A stretch of 63,889 nucleotides of DNA, filler included, from Platydemus manokwari (Eukaryota): assembly GCA_037951405.1 (NCBI GenBank). It is 6 parts of 6 records of this genome, joined end to end, with 100 filler letters (N's around TTAATTAATTAA, not from the genome) between each part and the next. Parts side by side here need not be neighbours in the genome. Positions count along the whole stretch, not along the records: positions 30,921 to 44,873 come from JBBMOY011568078.1; positions 44,974 to 53,775 come from JBBMOY011347760.1; positions 53,876 to 63,889 come from JBBMOY011164102.1; 3 more parts are not named here. The stretch is one strand, 5' to 3'. A program made the position numbers and the translations under genes. Each line of letters starts with the position of its first letter. Positions within the stretch are counted from its first letter, which is position 1. The notes beneath the pieces were generated by a model. It was not told the origin of the DNA. It was given only the letters and a program-made list of their open reading frames with translations, and did no database searches. Of this stretch, positions 39,871 through 60,100 are shown piece by piece.

Positions 39871-42607
39871 AAATATAATTCAAATTTTCATAATCAAAAT
39901 CCTAAGAATTCCAATCCAATCGAATTGTTTTTGAAATTCTATTTATCTTCATTTTGGTATTAAATGAAAATTTATCCTAATATTATCTTTGTTCTGATAA
40001 TTATTTATTTTATCTACATTGCATACCCGGCATTTATTAATAGACGAAAATAATTATTAAAATGCGATTATTTTCTTGATCATTATAAGTCACAAAATAC
40101 ACATTATTATTTATAAAATAAGAAGAAAATATATTCGCTGGAACTCGATTAATAATATGTCTCATGCACCAAGGAAAAATAAAATTGATGAGATATGCAT
40201 AAAATGTTAAAGAAAGTTAACCAAACAACTGATAGAAATATTAATAGAACATTTATTAATACAATTAACCACCAACCAAACATCATTCGAATACCGATCT
40301 CAATATTTTTAAACACAGCCAGTTCAAGTATTTTCCTGAAAATTAAAATCCTCTACATTTTTAAAATTTTCATAAAATAATATTTATCGTGACCAACTGT
40401 TTTATGCAAACTTCAATGTAATTCTTGACACGACGTATTGGTAAAACAATTTCAAAAACCAATGGAAATTAACAATAATAAAATTATCATATGTTAACCT
40501 GTAATATAAATTTTCATTGCTATTGATTTACTTGTATGAAAATTCATGAATTTTAAACATGGTGCCGTCATCAAGGCAGATTTAGGTTTTGATCAATATT
40601 TAATTTTATTATATTTAGGAATATCACTTTGAAATGAGACATTTGTATTCGAATTATCAATAGATTCATGATTGCAATAAGTTCTGCCGAATTGATTATA
40701 AATAGTCTCGGTATTATAACAATTGTGGCGACTAAATTAAACAAGCATTCTCCCAGTAGATATTTTATCGTTCATTTTTCTCCAGACAATATAATTATAC
40801 CAATGTATTCATTAGCTAAAAATAAACTTTTATCAATGACTAGATGAATGTCAATTTAGAGTATTTGTTTAGAGTTTAATAATGTTTCTCAATAAAATGA
40901 TTGGGAAAATTATCGCTTTTATTCGGACAAGAGTCCAATTTCCAATCAGTTAACTGTTAGGCAAATCAATCAACAATTCAGATCTGAAAACTGTATTAAA
41001 CAAAATATCACATTCGAAACCTCAATAACTACAAGTAAATCCTTTCACAACTCACAATGGTAAATCACTCAAGACGGGATAAGCACCCGGAAGTCAAAAA
41101 TAGAATATAAAGTAACACAAAGATAAGCTTATCACGCGAGTTACCGACCAAAAAGACTGGTGGTTATTCATGGAACGCAGACTCTTTTATAGACATATCG
41201 AGTGTGTCCGCTGGATGTCACGGATCTTCGTTTTACTGAATCTGTTCGTAAATCGATTTACTTGAAATTTTCCTCTCATCTTTCGTGCCATTGGCGGATA
41301 TTTGAGCTTGCTGCTATTTGTAGATATGTGCCTGTCGATTATTAGCTTCTAAATAGTATTTAATATTAGAACAAACCTGATTGATTGACTATACATGCGC
41401 TTATCGGATATATGTCGACACTTTCTAGGGTTCTTTCCTGAGTTCTTGTAATCCTTTTGATTGATTTCTGATCTACCCGATATAACCATTGAATTGTTTT
41501 GAAAGAAATCAATGAATGACTTCAGGAGGAATTACTGAATTATATAAAATAATTTATAAATTCTTTATTAGTATGTCATTGATAATAGTATATTTCATCT
41601 CAACCGTTGTCATAATCATTTTTTCAAATCTCAGAATTTCAAATTATTAAAGATATAAATAAAAAATCGCTAGTGATACCAGAGAGTTAAACAATTTGAT
41701 ATGGTTGATTTAACAAGCTAATTTATTATATATTCGAGTTCTCATAAAATGATCAAGAAATGAAAAATTATTGACATAAATCATTGACATTGAGATAGTT
41801 ACCCAAAAGAATTGCAACACTGATATATTTCCTAATGGAAAAGTTTGAAAAAACATTATTTTATTTAGATTAACAACGAATAGTTCTTCTTCTTCAGACA
41901 AATTTACAAAAATAAATCCCAACCGAACTCGTCTCTACAAAAAATGCATGTTGAAAAAAAATTTATAAATTTTCTTTAAAGTTTCACCAATAATCAATTT
42001 ACAGTAGGCCCTGTGTCGTCATTACGAAAGAATTTTTTTGTGCCGAATCAGTAACTTTTAATTTGTTATAGAAAAATGAAAATATAGAAACTGCTGGCAA
42101 TTTCAAAGAAACTAGATGAATAATGAAAATAATAAACCTAGATAATGGATCTAATCTGATTATTATTATTATTTTCCTATCTAGTTCGGGATCACCAAGG
42201 TTTTATTGTTGAAAACGGTACCGATACGGATAATCATTTTTTATTTAGTTTTCTTTTTAATTTATTTTATTTTATATATTATGAATAATTTGTGAATTGC
42301 TGGAGTTTTTCTTTGATTAATAATTTATATTTCCCAACTAATAAAGTAAACATTTAGAAATATAATGTATGGTAGCTGCTATTGTATAAAGTACGCATTA
42401 TAAACGAACTGAAAAGTCACGACACCATATTATATTTAAATTACAATTATTCGAACAAATTAATATTTTATAAGAATCTGATTTTATAATATTTAAAATT
42501 TCAATTCATTATATATTAATTATTAACCAAGATATCATTTATTTGCAAGAGCTAATGTTTGAAACTTAATTTTAAATATTTTCGTCTTCAGTGTTTCTAT
42601 GAAAAAT

Positions 42608-42617
42608 NNNNNNNNNN
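42608..42617. other. 10-N intra-scaffold gap
   Basis: Run of 10 N without the stop-codon linker. Confidence 0.95.
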
Positions 42618-43118
42618 GTACTTAACGATTTATAGCACAAAAGAATCATCAACAATTCTAATCAAATCTACTTTAAATAACATTTGTAAATGACTACGAC
42701 AAATCACAATGTTGGAATTCAAAGGTAAAATACTTGTAATTATCAGTGTATATCAGTAGCAAAATCATTTTTCTTAAATGCTGAGGAAAAAATTCTGAAA
42801 TAATAATTTGAAAGATTAACTTTATATCATTATCATTCAACAACCATAAAATTTAACGTTCAAATAATAATAAATATTTTGCTAAAGTTAAAAAAAATAA
42901 AAATGAATTCCTATTTGATAGATTTTTAATCCCTTTTAATCTAAAATTAATTTTTTTGCAAAAATTTAATTAAAATATGATTACAAAAAGTTTAATTTCA
43001 AATAACTTGCGAAAAATGATTTTATTAAAACTGGGCCTCTTTTTTAACTTAGGCCAAATATTTAAACAGGATTAATGAATTAACAATAGTTTAATAGAAG
43101 TAATAATAATTTCGGTTG

Positions 43119-43156
<38 letters not shown>
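43119..43156. repeat. (AAT)n microsatellite
   Basis: About 12 perfect units. Confidence 0.95.
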
Positions 43157-44873
43157 TTAGGAATATACACAATTAAAATTTAGTTTAATAACAAATTTAG
43201 ATCAGATAAAAATACATTTTCGTTGTATACCAAAAAATTTACAACAATAAATATTAAAATTAACCCATAAACCAGAGAATAAAAACAACATTGGGCAATC
43301 AGTTTCTTTCCACCAATTCCCGCCAAAAAATAAAAACGCAGGAAATGCAGACAGCACTTTAAATAATAACGCTTTATTTCTCTTGATTAGGCAACTAGAA
43401 GAAGCTAACAATTAGTACATTTGCCAGAAACCACTACTAAATCACCAGTTGTGTTATTCAAGAAGAATATTACATTTGTCAAGGCGAGTCAATTCTTTGA
43501 CCAAGCCAAGAAGTTGTTTATGCCCTTTAATTTCAAAGGAAGAGAATAGAAATATTCTAATTGCCAAGGAGTAACACAAATGCTGGTTGTATAAAGGTAT
43601 TCAATTTTGTATATCTGTTATCTGAAATTTAGAAGTTGGACATTAGGATTCCCAATTTCTTCGTTAAATATTTCATTGTCACTCATCAAATTTTGAGAGT
43701 ATTTTGGAATAAAATTACATGAGAAAGAGACTGATAAAATCATTAAATTTAGCCTTGACAAAGAGACATTGATAGAGTTAGAGTTAATAAAATCATTATC
43801 GATGCCGTTCCTCTCATCTCCATATAAGCTAAAAAAGTTGAGTTTAAAAAAGAACATTAAATTAAGGCCTACATACTATTTGAGGGTCAAACGAACTCTA
43901 TGGAATGATCAAGAAGTGGATAGTGATAATCCAGATTACTAATAATAAAATCAAAATAACCAGACTACAAAACGTATCAAAAATACAAGTAGTAAACTTT
44001 ATTCCCTTGCATTAAAGACGGTTTCTCAATAAGCTCAATAAAACAACATTTAATATTACAAATGAAAAGGTATTTATTTTTAAAAATATCCAAAAAAATA
44101 TATGGTCGATAATTTTAATTGCATAATAGGCAAAGATTTGTCATTTTCAAATATAAAGTTCCATAAATTAAATAAAAAAAATAATTGAACCAACAAAAAC
44201 AATCAATCAGTAATTGTCATTGAATATTATTGTTTCTAAATTAGAATTTCCAATTTAGTAAAGCAAATAAATTATTCAATTTTCATTAAATCACATAAAT
44301 TTAATAAGTCATAAGAAACACGATATTTTATTTTGATTTACAAACTATTATGCCTCAATTTGAGTGATCACTCTGTCCATCTGTGATGGACAATTTTTAT
44401 GATCGACATTTATATTTGCAATATCATAAAATCCATTTTCACCAGTGACTTTATTTTCAGGAATACTAGCTCATATAAAAGTTTTATAGATATTTTCAAC
44501 GATTTTGTCCAATTTTATTAATATATCTATTTTCAATGATAAACAAATTTGACATGATAAATCACAAGTTTCCTGAGATTCATTTTTAATTTAATCAATA
44601 AGTTTTCCGTAAAAATATTATAATTAAAAATGAAATTTATTCACTTCATTCTTGCTTGGATATTCTTGATGTAGGAATAAATTAGTTGATGTATTTGAAA
44701 ATAATTTGTTAAATCCATTTCGTAAGTAGCTAACAAGTTAAATTTATTAAACTTAAACAATACGATGTTAGTTTGAGTTTAAAAAAGGGATACAAGAATA
44801 AAATTTTAAATTTGTTGAATGTATTGCAAAAATCTATATAGTTTATTTAATTATATTCTTTAAAAACATTTTG

Positions 44874-44973
44874 NNNNNNNNNNNNNNNNNNNNNNNNNNN
44901 NNNNNNNNNNNNNNNNNTTAATTAATTAANNNNNNNNNNNNNNNNNNNNNNNNNNNNNNNNNNNNNNNNNNNN
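44874..44973. other. Artificial contig spacer
   Basis: 44 N + TTAATTAATTAA + 44 N. Confidence 0.97.
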
Positions 44974-45047
44974 TTATTTTTATTTTTATTTTTATTTTTA
45001 TTTTTATTTTTATTTTTATTTTTATTTTTATTTTTATTTTTATTTTT
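44974..45047. repeat. (TTATTT)n microsatellite at contig start
   Basis: About 12 tandem hexamers. Confidence 0.95.
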
Positions 45048-45080
45048 AGTGTTATTAAATTAGAATTGTTTATTATTTAG

Positions 45081-51120
<6,040 letters not shown>

Positions 51121-51789
51121 GAGAATTTTGTGATTCATTCTAATAAATTTCTAATAGATTTCATTTTTATAATTTTAGTATTGCGTTGATAATATCTTTC
51201 AATATTCATTTCGCTAATTTTTAAGGAAATCCGAATTTTCATTGGAAACTAAATTGTTCTATATATTACGTAATTTATGCCTGATAAATAAAATGAATCT
51301 ATCTATAAATATATGTGGAACCATGTTGATGATTATCTTAAACCATGGCAAATTAATTTATAGTTTTAAAGTTTCAAATACAATGAAAATGATATAAAAA
51401 TAAATTAAAAATTATCGTTAAATTGTAATAATTCAAGCTTCTTCCAACAGAGTTTGTGAGATCTATTTAAAAATACGACAAATAATTAAAATTTATATAG
51501 GATTGAAATTAGTAAAAATTGAATGAAAATATATTTTTAAAAGATGATGATAAAATTAATCTAGCATGTTAATATTTATAAAGAGGATCTTGCTTAAAAA
51601 ATACTGTTAAACTCTTAGTTTTAAAATTATTTAAATTAATCTTTTAAATAAAAAAATTAAGATGTAATAAATTAAAAATGACGACAAATCAGATGGAAAT
51701 AAATTTAAATTTAATGTTCTAAATTTGTTTGAAAATTGATGTATTGACAAATAAATTTTGTAAACGTGACTTTTAACACTTACATGTGT

Positions 51790-52150
51790 TAATAAATTTA
51801 AAATTCTCTCAAGAATCTTTCCTATTCCGAGGCTTCTCGCTTCCATGTGTAACAATAATATGTCTTCGAATTCGGCACAACCTTCTTGAAAAACAGTGTT
51901 GCATTGCTTATCACTTTAATTTATTCCTTGAAATTCAATTTTTTTACATGTTGAAGATAAATAACCATTGCGTCTAAAGGCTTTTGTTTGTTTTCTTTGT
52001 CAAATAAATATCATTTCCTCATGAACGTCCTTTTTAAGGGCAAATTTTGAAAAATTCTTCTTTTACAGAAAAGTCCTCAAAAATCACCATACCAATTGTA
52101 CATTATTGAGAAATATTCGACACATTGGTAGACTCTTCTAATTTTTATGA
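51790..52150 (-). mobile_element. Degenerate hAT (Buster/Charlie, GTF2IRD2-like) transposase fragment; the element may extend to ~52900
   Basis: Minus frames LEESTNVSNISQ*CTIGMVIFEDFSVKEEFFKICP*KGRS*GNDIY and EFEDILLLHMEARSLGIGKILERILNL match the Buster-type LDESTD...KEE.L....L...T.G.DI and LL.HTEVRWLS.GKVL.R motifs. Confidence 0.8.
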
Positions 52151-53698
52151 AAAAAATAATCTTTCTGGATCATCGTTACTCAAATGTGATTCATTATTAG
52201 TAGCCATCATTTGAATTCCTCGAGCTACTATTGGATGTGATGTGGTCGATATTATCTAAGCCAGTAAGTTGCCTTTCGTGATGGGGATATTTGTTGAGTG
52301 AACAAATTCTAGTGTTCTTTTAAGTTGAGCTTTAGCTTATAATTATGCATCTTCCTAATATCAGAGTTCGGATACCAATGACAAAATAAACAATGTTCCT
52401 TTCTGACAACATTTCAATGATGCTTGTGTTGAGGATTCAAATCTGAATCACCAAATAATTGGTGACTCCAGAAATTGAAGGTTGTCAGCTTTATTTCTAA
52501 TTCATTTACAAATCTAAAAGTCAATGCAATGTCTCAAAAAACGCAACCAAAACTTGGCTTCCAACTGATGGTTGGCCATCTTTACACTGGTATTTTTTAC
52601 ACGAGATCTGTGTGTTATTTTTGCGTCACATTTATAGCACATTTTGATTTGATTTTTACTTTCTCAGGTTTTTATTGGGCTTGTTTGTTTTTGTATATAC
52701 GGGATTGGTCAATCCCTTTGTATATGCTGTTGTGTGACTATGTCCTTTTTCCCAATTGTCATTTAGCATCTAAATCCGGTATGCCTGAATGGCTAGATAT
52801 GCAAATGCTTAAAGTGCTAAAACAGGGATTTCAAGGTGCAAATCCGCTTTTATTTTGCAAAATTTCGTCTCACTCAGCACTTTTTCCTACAGCTTCTATA
52901 GCAAAATAAAAACATAAATAGAAATTAAAAAGTTACAAAAAGAGATCATGAGTTGAAATTTGTAAAAATATTGATCGTGCTGCAAAAATCCACATAGCTT
53001 AACTATGATACTTAATTATTATTTAATTTCCATGAATTTTGAAGTAATAAAATAATTTGAAATCTAAAATTAAACATCATCAAATGTTATAAATTTTTGT
53101 GAAAAATATAAATAATTTTTTATTAAATTATACTGAGGACGGAAATTACTATTTATGAGTATTAATATTAATATTCTAAATTTATAAATATTCTTAAAAA
53201 ATCATAAAAATGATCATACACGAAAATATATTCAACTAGGAACCCTATTTATTGGTTTAAGCCATCTGTCCAGTCATCTCGCTTCATTTTAAATTCACTG
53301 ATAAATAAATTTTATTAAAACTAAAACTGAACAGTTTGATTGTTCCTGGAATTTTCTTTCAATTTCAAAAATTTCACCTACGTGCTCTTCAAATTTACCT
53401 AGCCAACACATGGGTTCCTGCAAACATAGTGCTACCAATCTCTATCCAATTGTACAGAAATAATTCACCTTGATTTATTGATTATCACATATTCTTAGTT
53501 CAAATCATAATTTCAGTCCAGTTATATTAGTTACATCGTCGTTCCAATCGACATTCATGAAACCCTGGCAGAAATTCAACAATCATCTTAATCTACAGAT
53601 TTTGTTCGATTATGTGAAAAATCTTTTGAATGCACTTTGTAGTGAATCTGATATTGAATGGTTTTGAAATTGATTTTAATAATTTGTGTTTAAGTTTG

Positions 53699-53700
<2 letters not shown>

Positions 53701-53775
<75 letters not shown>
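53701..53775. repeat. (AAT)n microsatellite at contig end
   Basis: About 25 perfect units; source of the poly-Asn in ORF 53630-53827. Confidence 0.95.
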
Positions 53776-53875
53776 NNNNNNNNNNNNNNNNNNNNNNNNN
53801 NNNNNNNNNNNNNNNNNNNTTAATTAATTAANNNNNNNNNNNNNNNNNNNNNNNNNNNNNNNNNNNNNNNNNNNN
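53776..53875. other. Artificial contig spacer
   Basis: 44 N + TTAATTAATTAA + 44 N. Confidence 0.97.
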
Positions 53876-54462
53876 AACAAAATAATATTAATAGATGTTA
53901 ATAAAGGGCCACCCTTTATAACAATTACCACATATCTTTGTAATAATCCAAAAATAAATCAATCAATAATATGCTTGCCCATAAATATTAAACAACGATA
54001 ATATTCATAAAATCAAAATAAATATCCACTCGCACATTTTCTGATTCTGTTACATCAGTTGGGACGATTATTGACTATTTAGGTGTGGGATAATTCATTG
54101 TCATCATTGCATTGGCAACTCATTGCATTGCTTTCAGAAAAAAAACAGAGCCAATCATGCGAAATTCTTCCCCTAAAAATCCATTTCATTGATATCAATT
54201 TAAACAAATAACCACTGAACAATATAAAAATCGATATCAAAAAATCAAATAACCATAAATCAGTATATTTATGCGAATAATTTTATGGCATCAAAGTATT
54301 GGAAATAAATTAAAATTTAATTTATAATACCGATAAATATTGACATTTATAATGGGTCATTAAATGTCAACCAATAAATCTTTAATTTGGAAATTGGAGT
54401 GCGAATATTTGAATGTTAATTAATTTTATTTCTATTGGTTTAAAATTAAGTATTCATATCGT

Positions 54463-55397
54463 GTATTTTCCAGCTTTTATTGTGAGGTGTATTTTAAAAG
54501 AAACAAAACGATCTTTTAAAAATGCGATAATTCATTAAAATTTACATGATATGAAAACTATTTAAAAATTTGTTTCAAAATAAAGAGACCATATTGATAT
54601 TCATAAAAGCCAATGGTCTTGCAAAACAATACTGTTAAACTCTCAATATAAATTATTAGAATCTCAAAATTAAACTTTGTCCAATCAAATTTGACTAGAA
54701 TTTTTGTTGAAATATAAAATTTCCCACATTTTAAAATTATATCTCTATTAACAAAAATATCGATCTTATTTTAATAATTTTTATTCCGAGAGTTTAGCAC
54801 TATTGTTTAGCAAGATCCTTTATAAATATCAATATGATCTATTTATTTTTAACAAAACTTATAAATAGTTTTGATATCATGTAGATTTTAATGAATTATC
54901 GCATATTTTTTAAAAGATCATCTTGTTTCTTTTTAAATAAACCTCACAATAGAACCTGGAAAATACCAAATGCAGAGAGAAAAATACAGCATATTTTAAA
55001 AGGAAATGCAATACTCCATGTTCGAGTTTTAAATAAGAAGTCATTTTTATTCGAACAATAATATATTTTAATTACATCAATTTTCAAACAAAATTAAATT
55101 TTCAAATCCATTTTTAAATCTCAAAATTAAACTTTGTCCAATCAGATTTGTCTACATTTTTATCAAAAAATGCTCACATTTTTATATTATTTCTTTTTTC
55201 ACTAAAATTTCAATTCTATTTTAATGATTATTATGCTAAGATTTTAACAGCATTGCTGAGCAAGATCCTTTTATAAACATTAATATGTCATATTTATTTT
55301 TAATCTATTTTCTAAATAGTTTTCATATCATTTAGATTTTAATGATTTATCACATTTTTAAAAAATCATTTTGTTTCTTACAAAATAAACCTCACAG
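54463..55397. mobile_element. Foldback / long-TIR non-autonomous element plus a second partial copy
   Basis: 54463-54662 is an imperfect reverse complement of ~54768-54966. 55118-55397 is a diverged direct copy of ~54661-54950. A related segment (GGATCTTGCTTAAAAATACTGTTAAACTCT) occurs at ~51570-51630 on a different contig. Confidence 0.75.
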
Positions 55398-56869
55398 TAT
55401 TATTATTAAGTTGTCTAACAGTTGTTCCTTTAATATGCATTCCCAGTAATTTCATTTCAATCATTTGTAAACAAGTCTATAAGAGTTGCCATGAGTAACT
55501 TGTTTATTGAAATAAAGACAATTCCAATAAGTAATTCTTTGATAGATCAATTTCATGGTGTGTTCTCCTCACCACTATCGAGTATGACCTTAAACAACTG
55601 AAAATGACTTTGATTTTTTTAGTAATTTAGGATAAAAAATTTATTGAATAAGAGTGAAATGTTTTTTTCAATTTTTATGCATAATGACATGAATATTATC
55701 GATTTACAATAACTGATATCAATAATTAGCTACCAAGGTTGTCTCCGGCTTTGGATTAAAGCTGTTCGATTTTTTATTTATCTATAATTGTTATCTCTAA
55801 TAAAACATAAATCCTTGTCATGGTTACCAGACTGACATCGATTCATAATAATTCGATAACAGATCATCATTTATAAAATAATATCACACAGGTTCTTGCA
55901 ACAGGACTCAGTGCTCTCTACTCTGCTCTACCACGGAAGCTCCCATTATTTTGTCATTCTGTTCTTCTAGGTCAGTTGAGTGCGCCAGTCATTTCTCAAA
56001 TACTCGAATTGCAACACTTTTTGGATTATCTCACCTTCTGTTGTCAAGTGAATGAAGTAAGAGAAAATTATCAATAATTTATTTGATGAAATCGCTGTCT
56101 TATTACAGGTAGCTCATCCACTCATAAGAGAGGCTGTGCTCCATTATATTTACAATGGGTTCTTGTTACCTGTGATCGGGTCCTCCTTAAATCAGGTAAG
56201 CCGTCACATTTCTAACATTTTTAAAAATCTACCAGAAAGTCAGATGAAAATTGTATTAGATGGGATTCAAAGTTGTGAAATATTGATCTAAATATATAAA
56301 ATAAATATTTTACGCAACAAATATTGTTCTGCTAATGTAAAAATCATGCCAATTTTGTTATGATCATTCATAAAACGGTGTGTAGATATAATATTGATCG
56401 ACATTGTTAATAATGAAAATCATTAAGTTTGTTACTTCATAAAAAATGTGAAAATACAAACTTATCAGTAAAACATGATATAAATTATCGATTTTGCACT
56501 TCTGGATTTTATTTATATACTCTTGTTGAGAATTCTATAAATCGATTTATCGTTATTATTATTATTGTTTACAGTCCACACATTCATTATTTTGTTATTA
56601 TTCTTCATCATCACATCACTATCGAAACAATATGACGTTTATCCAATATTACATCGCTTGTCTTACAAATGTCAATATTTTCTATTGTTATAGCAACTGC
56701 TGCAAACAATTCAGACAAAACATAATCAATATTTCACTTATTGGCTTAATGTCGACAGTTGAGCGGTTGTTTGTGATTGTGTTTCATATAGGTATGTGTG
56801 TGTATATATGTGTTTGTGTTGGTGTGTTTTGATGATGTCACACATTGATTTAATTTTTTCATTGATTAG

Positions 56870-57142
56870 AGCTCGCTTGAGGAAGTCATCGCTGCTACGA
56901 TTTATTTCGATCTATTCTTGAGAACGATCAAAGATTCTGGCATTTTGAAAGCGTTTCTCTGTTTTACAATAGCAGAAAGCCATGATGGTTATCGAATTCT
57001 CGATTCTCTATTAAATAGAATGAACTCAAATACTGGGGTAACCACTAATATAATGATAATAGATAATAATAATAATGATAATATTTCTATGATTATTGTT
57101 TATGTTGTGAAGAACCTTTGATTTTTTTATTGAATTTTTGGA

Positions 57143-57179
<37 letters not shown>

Positions 57180-60100
57180 TTAATAATAATTATGATGTCG
57201 ATAATTATAAAAATCTATGAAGTAATAATATATTAATAGATAACTGATATAACTGAAATAAAATAAAATAAATAATCGATAATATTTTGTTATATTCAGC
57301 TGGGTGTGGCTACCCTCTCATTGATGAATACTCTTTTGTCATTCAATTGTGAAGACATTATGTTCGAACTAATATTCAGGTATGTGATAGAATAATTATA
57401 ATATTATCATATAATCAAATAATATTCTCTTCGCTTTAAATCCAGATCAAAGTTTTTAAGAAAATAAATAAGATATTTCTATTTATATTTGTGGACTTAA
57501 TCTATATTAATATATAAAATATAATTTTGATAATTTATAATCCAATATTATAAATATAATGATATAATTAATATATTATTTCTTCTGTTAACAATGGAAA
57601 TAAAGATGTAGCAAGAGTTAATATTAGACATTGTTTGTTTTACAAGTCTACGATTAAGAATTTCGTTGTAAATTTCTTTGGAATGTCTTATAATTTAATT
57701 AGGTATTGATTTTTCTATGAAATTCAATGAAGCTAAGGAAAATTGATTTAAATGTCTAACAGACATAACTCACGGCTAATTATCAATTGAGTTACAGTTT
57801 TGTCATTCGTTTAGAAAGTTGATAAATTAAATAATTCTTTAATTTTCGATTGAAATATCTCCTCCTCCCCCTCTCAACACAGACATATTGTCAGCCAGCC
57901 AAATTTATCTCTAATATGGCTTGTATAATATATGAGATTTTTATAATATTATACTTTGCTCTAAAGGTATTAAATTACTGACATCCACGAAAGTACCTTC
58001 ACCAACTACTATGGGATCTCACAGACACCAAGCTGACTGACCTTTTAATGTACTTAGCTTGATATTCTAATATTAGACACTAAAAGTGACATTTAAAATG
58101 CTGCGATCTCATAAATATTATAATTGAGCTATTGATTTATTCTACGATATAAGGTGTGTCGTTTTTTTTATTTAAATTTTGGTTTAATGATAAAATTGAA
58201 GGATAAAACGATATTGTTTTATAGGCATCTTATTCCATGTCCACATTTGACAGGCAGACCTCGAGATTCTATTTGTGACAAGAATATTCTCTCTGTCGCT
58301 TGTGAAATGTTCCATAATCTCCATTTTGATTATCTTGATTGTAATTGGCAGCTTGATCCAGGTGGGAATTCGGATCTATGAATGAGATTTAAACTGGTTA
58401 TTTTTTTTTATCACAGATTTGCTCGAAACGACCAAAGAACTGATAGAGACGAGAAATTGTGCTTGTGAATCTACTTGGCATTTCGATTACAATGGAATAA
58501 ACCCATCATGGGATTACGCTGAAAAAGTAATGGATCAAAGCTTTCTCCAGAACCACAGACCATTTCATGGTTTTCTTGATCACTATACCCAATTGCTTGA
58601 GATGAGAGATGTTTGTAGAAAGAAATTTCGTAATAACGGTCTTAACTCAAGAGGATCCAACAGTCCCACTAGTACTGGGACATTTGACATTAGTGGTTCG
58701 TGTCATTTCACTCCGAGATCTCATCTATCACGTTCCAATAGCAACGAAACCATAACTTCGATAAAATTTGAAATCGATTCACAGCTTGATAATTGTCTGC
58801 ATCGTTTACGATATCCCAGTGAAGAGGATCTTTTGGAACACAAGTCACGATATATGATCAGTTACAACTTGATGAACGATTTCGGATCTGAAAGCATCGA
58901 TTCAATGTCAATTTATTCCCAATCGAATCAGAAATCGACGAAAGATGATTTTAGCAGAAGGCTCTCAAAAGGATACGATTTGATCAAATCAGTTTCAGAA
59001 GAAAGCCAAGAATCAATACCTCAAGATTTGGAGATCAGCAGAGATTACATCAACAAACTGGTCAGTTGTGTAGAGGTGAAAGAATTCATCACTATTCTCG
59101 ATCAATTGGTGATTTCACCAAAAACTCTTCGATTGTGTGAATTCTCCTTCGAGCAAGTGTTGAAGTCGATATCGTCGAAAGAAAATATAAATACAAGCAA
59201 ACCAACTGAGATATTGACAAGATCTTCAATGGGATCCATCATATCACTACAGAGTGGAATAACAATTGAGGATAATATTTTGAAAGATAATCCACATGAA
59301 CATATGGTGGAGATAACTAAATCCAGAGCTATGCCTGATAATAAGGTGAAGACAGTGGGTGAGTTTTATAAAAAATCTGTAACTGCCATTTAACTTTAAA
59401 TATGCTGCATTCAATTGATCTCATAAATTCCCTTAATAAATCAACATTTAGACTTTATCATATTAATCTATTAAAACCTATCTTCTTCGTTTGATTTTCA
59501 TTCCTGTAAAAAATGACCAGTATACTGTGTGCTCTGCACAAAAGACGTTTGTGACAGTAGTCCATACAATTACGTTTCATTTCATTTATTATTAAAATTA
59601 TTTATATTACCTGGAGGATTACTTTAAGGTTTGAAAATATATTAATTAATGAATATCGATATTCGATTAACAAATCGTTAGCTAATCCGTATGTTATTTT
59701 TTCTTATCATTAAGGAAGACGTAATTGATTTGGATTAACATATAGATCAGAGGCGACCAACTTTTGTGTACGTAAGATCGACTTTTCATTTGAATAACAT
59801 CTCACGCGACCGACTAAAATTGGTTTCAAGATTGACCAGTTGGCCACTCCTGATATAGATTATTCATTTTGGAAATTAAACCGTTTAAATTTATTGTTAG
59901 ACAACTAAAGATTTATACGCAATCCTGACTGCATTGAATCGTTTTTCGTACTTCATTCACTAAACTAGTAAAATAATTGTGACTGGCAATATAAGAAAAT
60001 ATGACTTTAATTGTTGTTAAGGTTACGATAAAATTAAAATGTTGCCATGGTTTTTAATATTGTATTAAAAATATTAAGCAAAAAACTAAATATAATTTTA

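Noticed and set aside
52475-52909. 144-aa plus-strand ORF
   Set aside because: TTG start, no recognisable domain and no splice context; it adjoins a decayed minus-strand hAT transposase and is probably antisense to that element.
53260-54250. Endonuclease-like (LSSNH..PVIL) and envelope-like hydrophobic frames either side of the last spacer
   Set aside because: Short, stop-interrupted and only loosely similar; not supportable without a database search.
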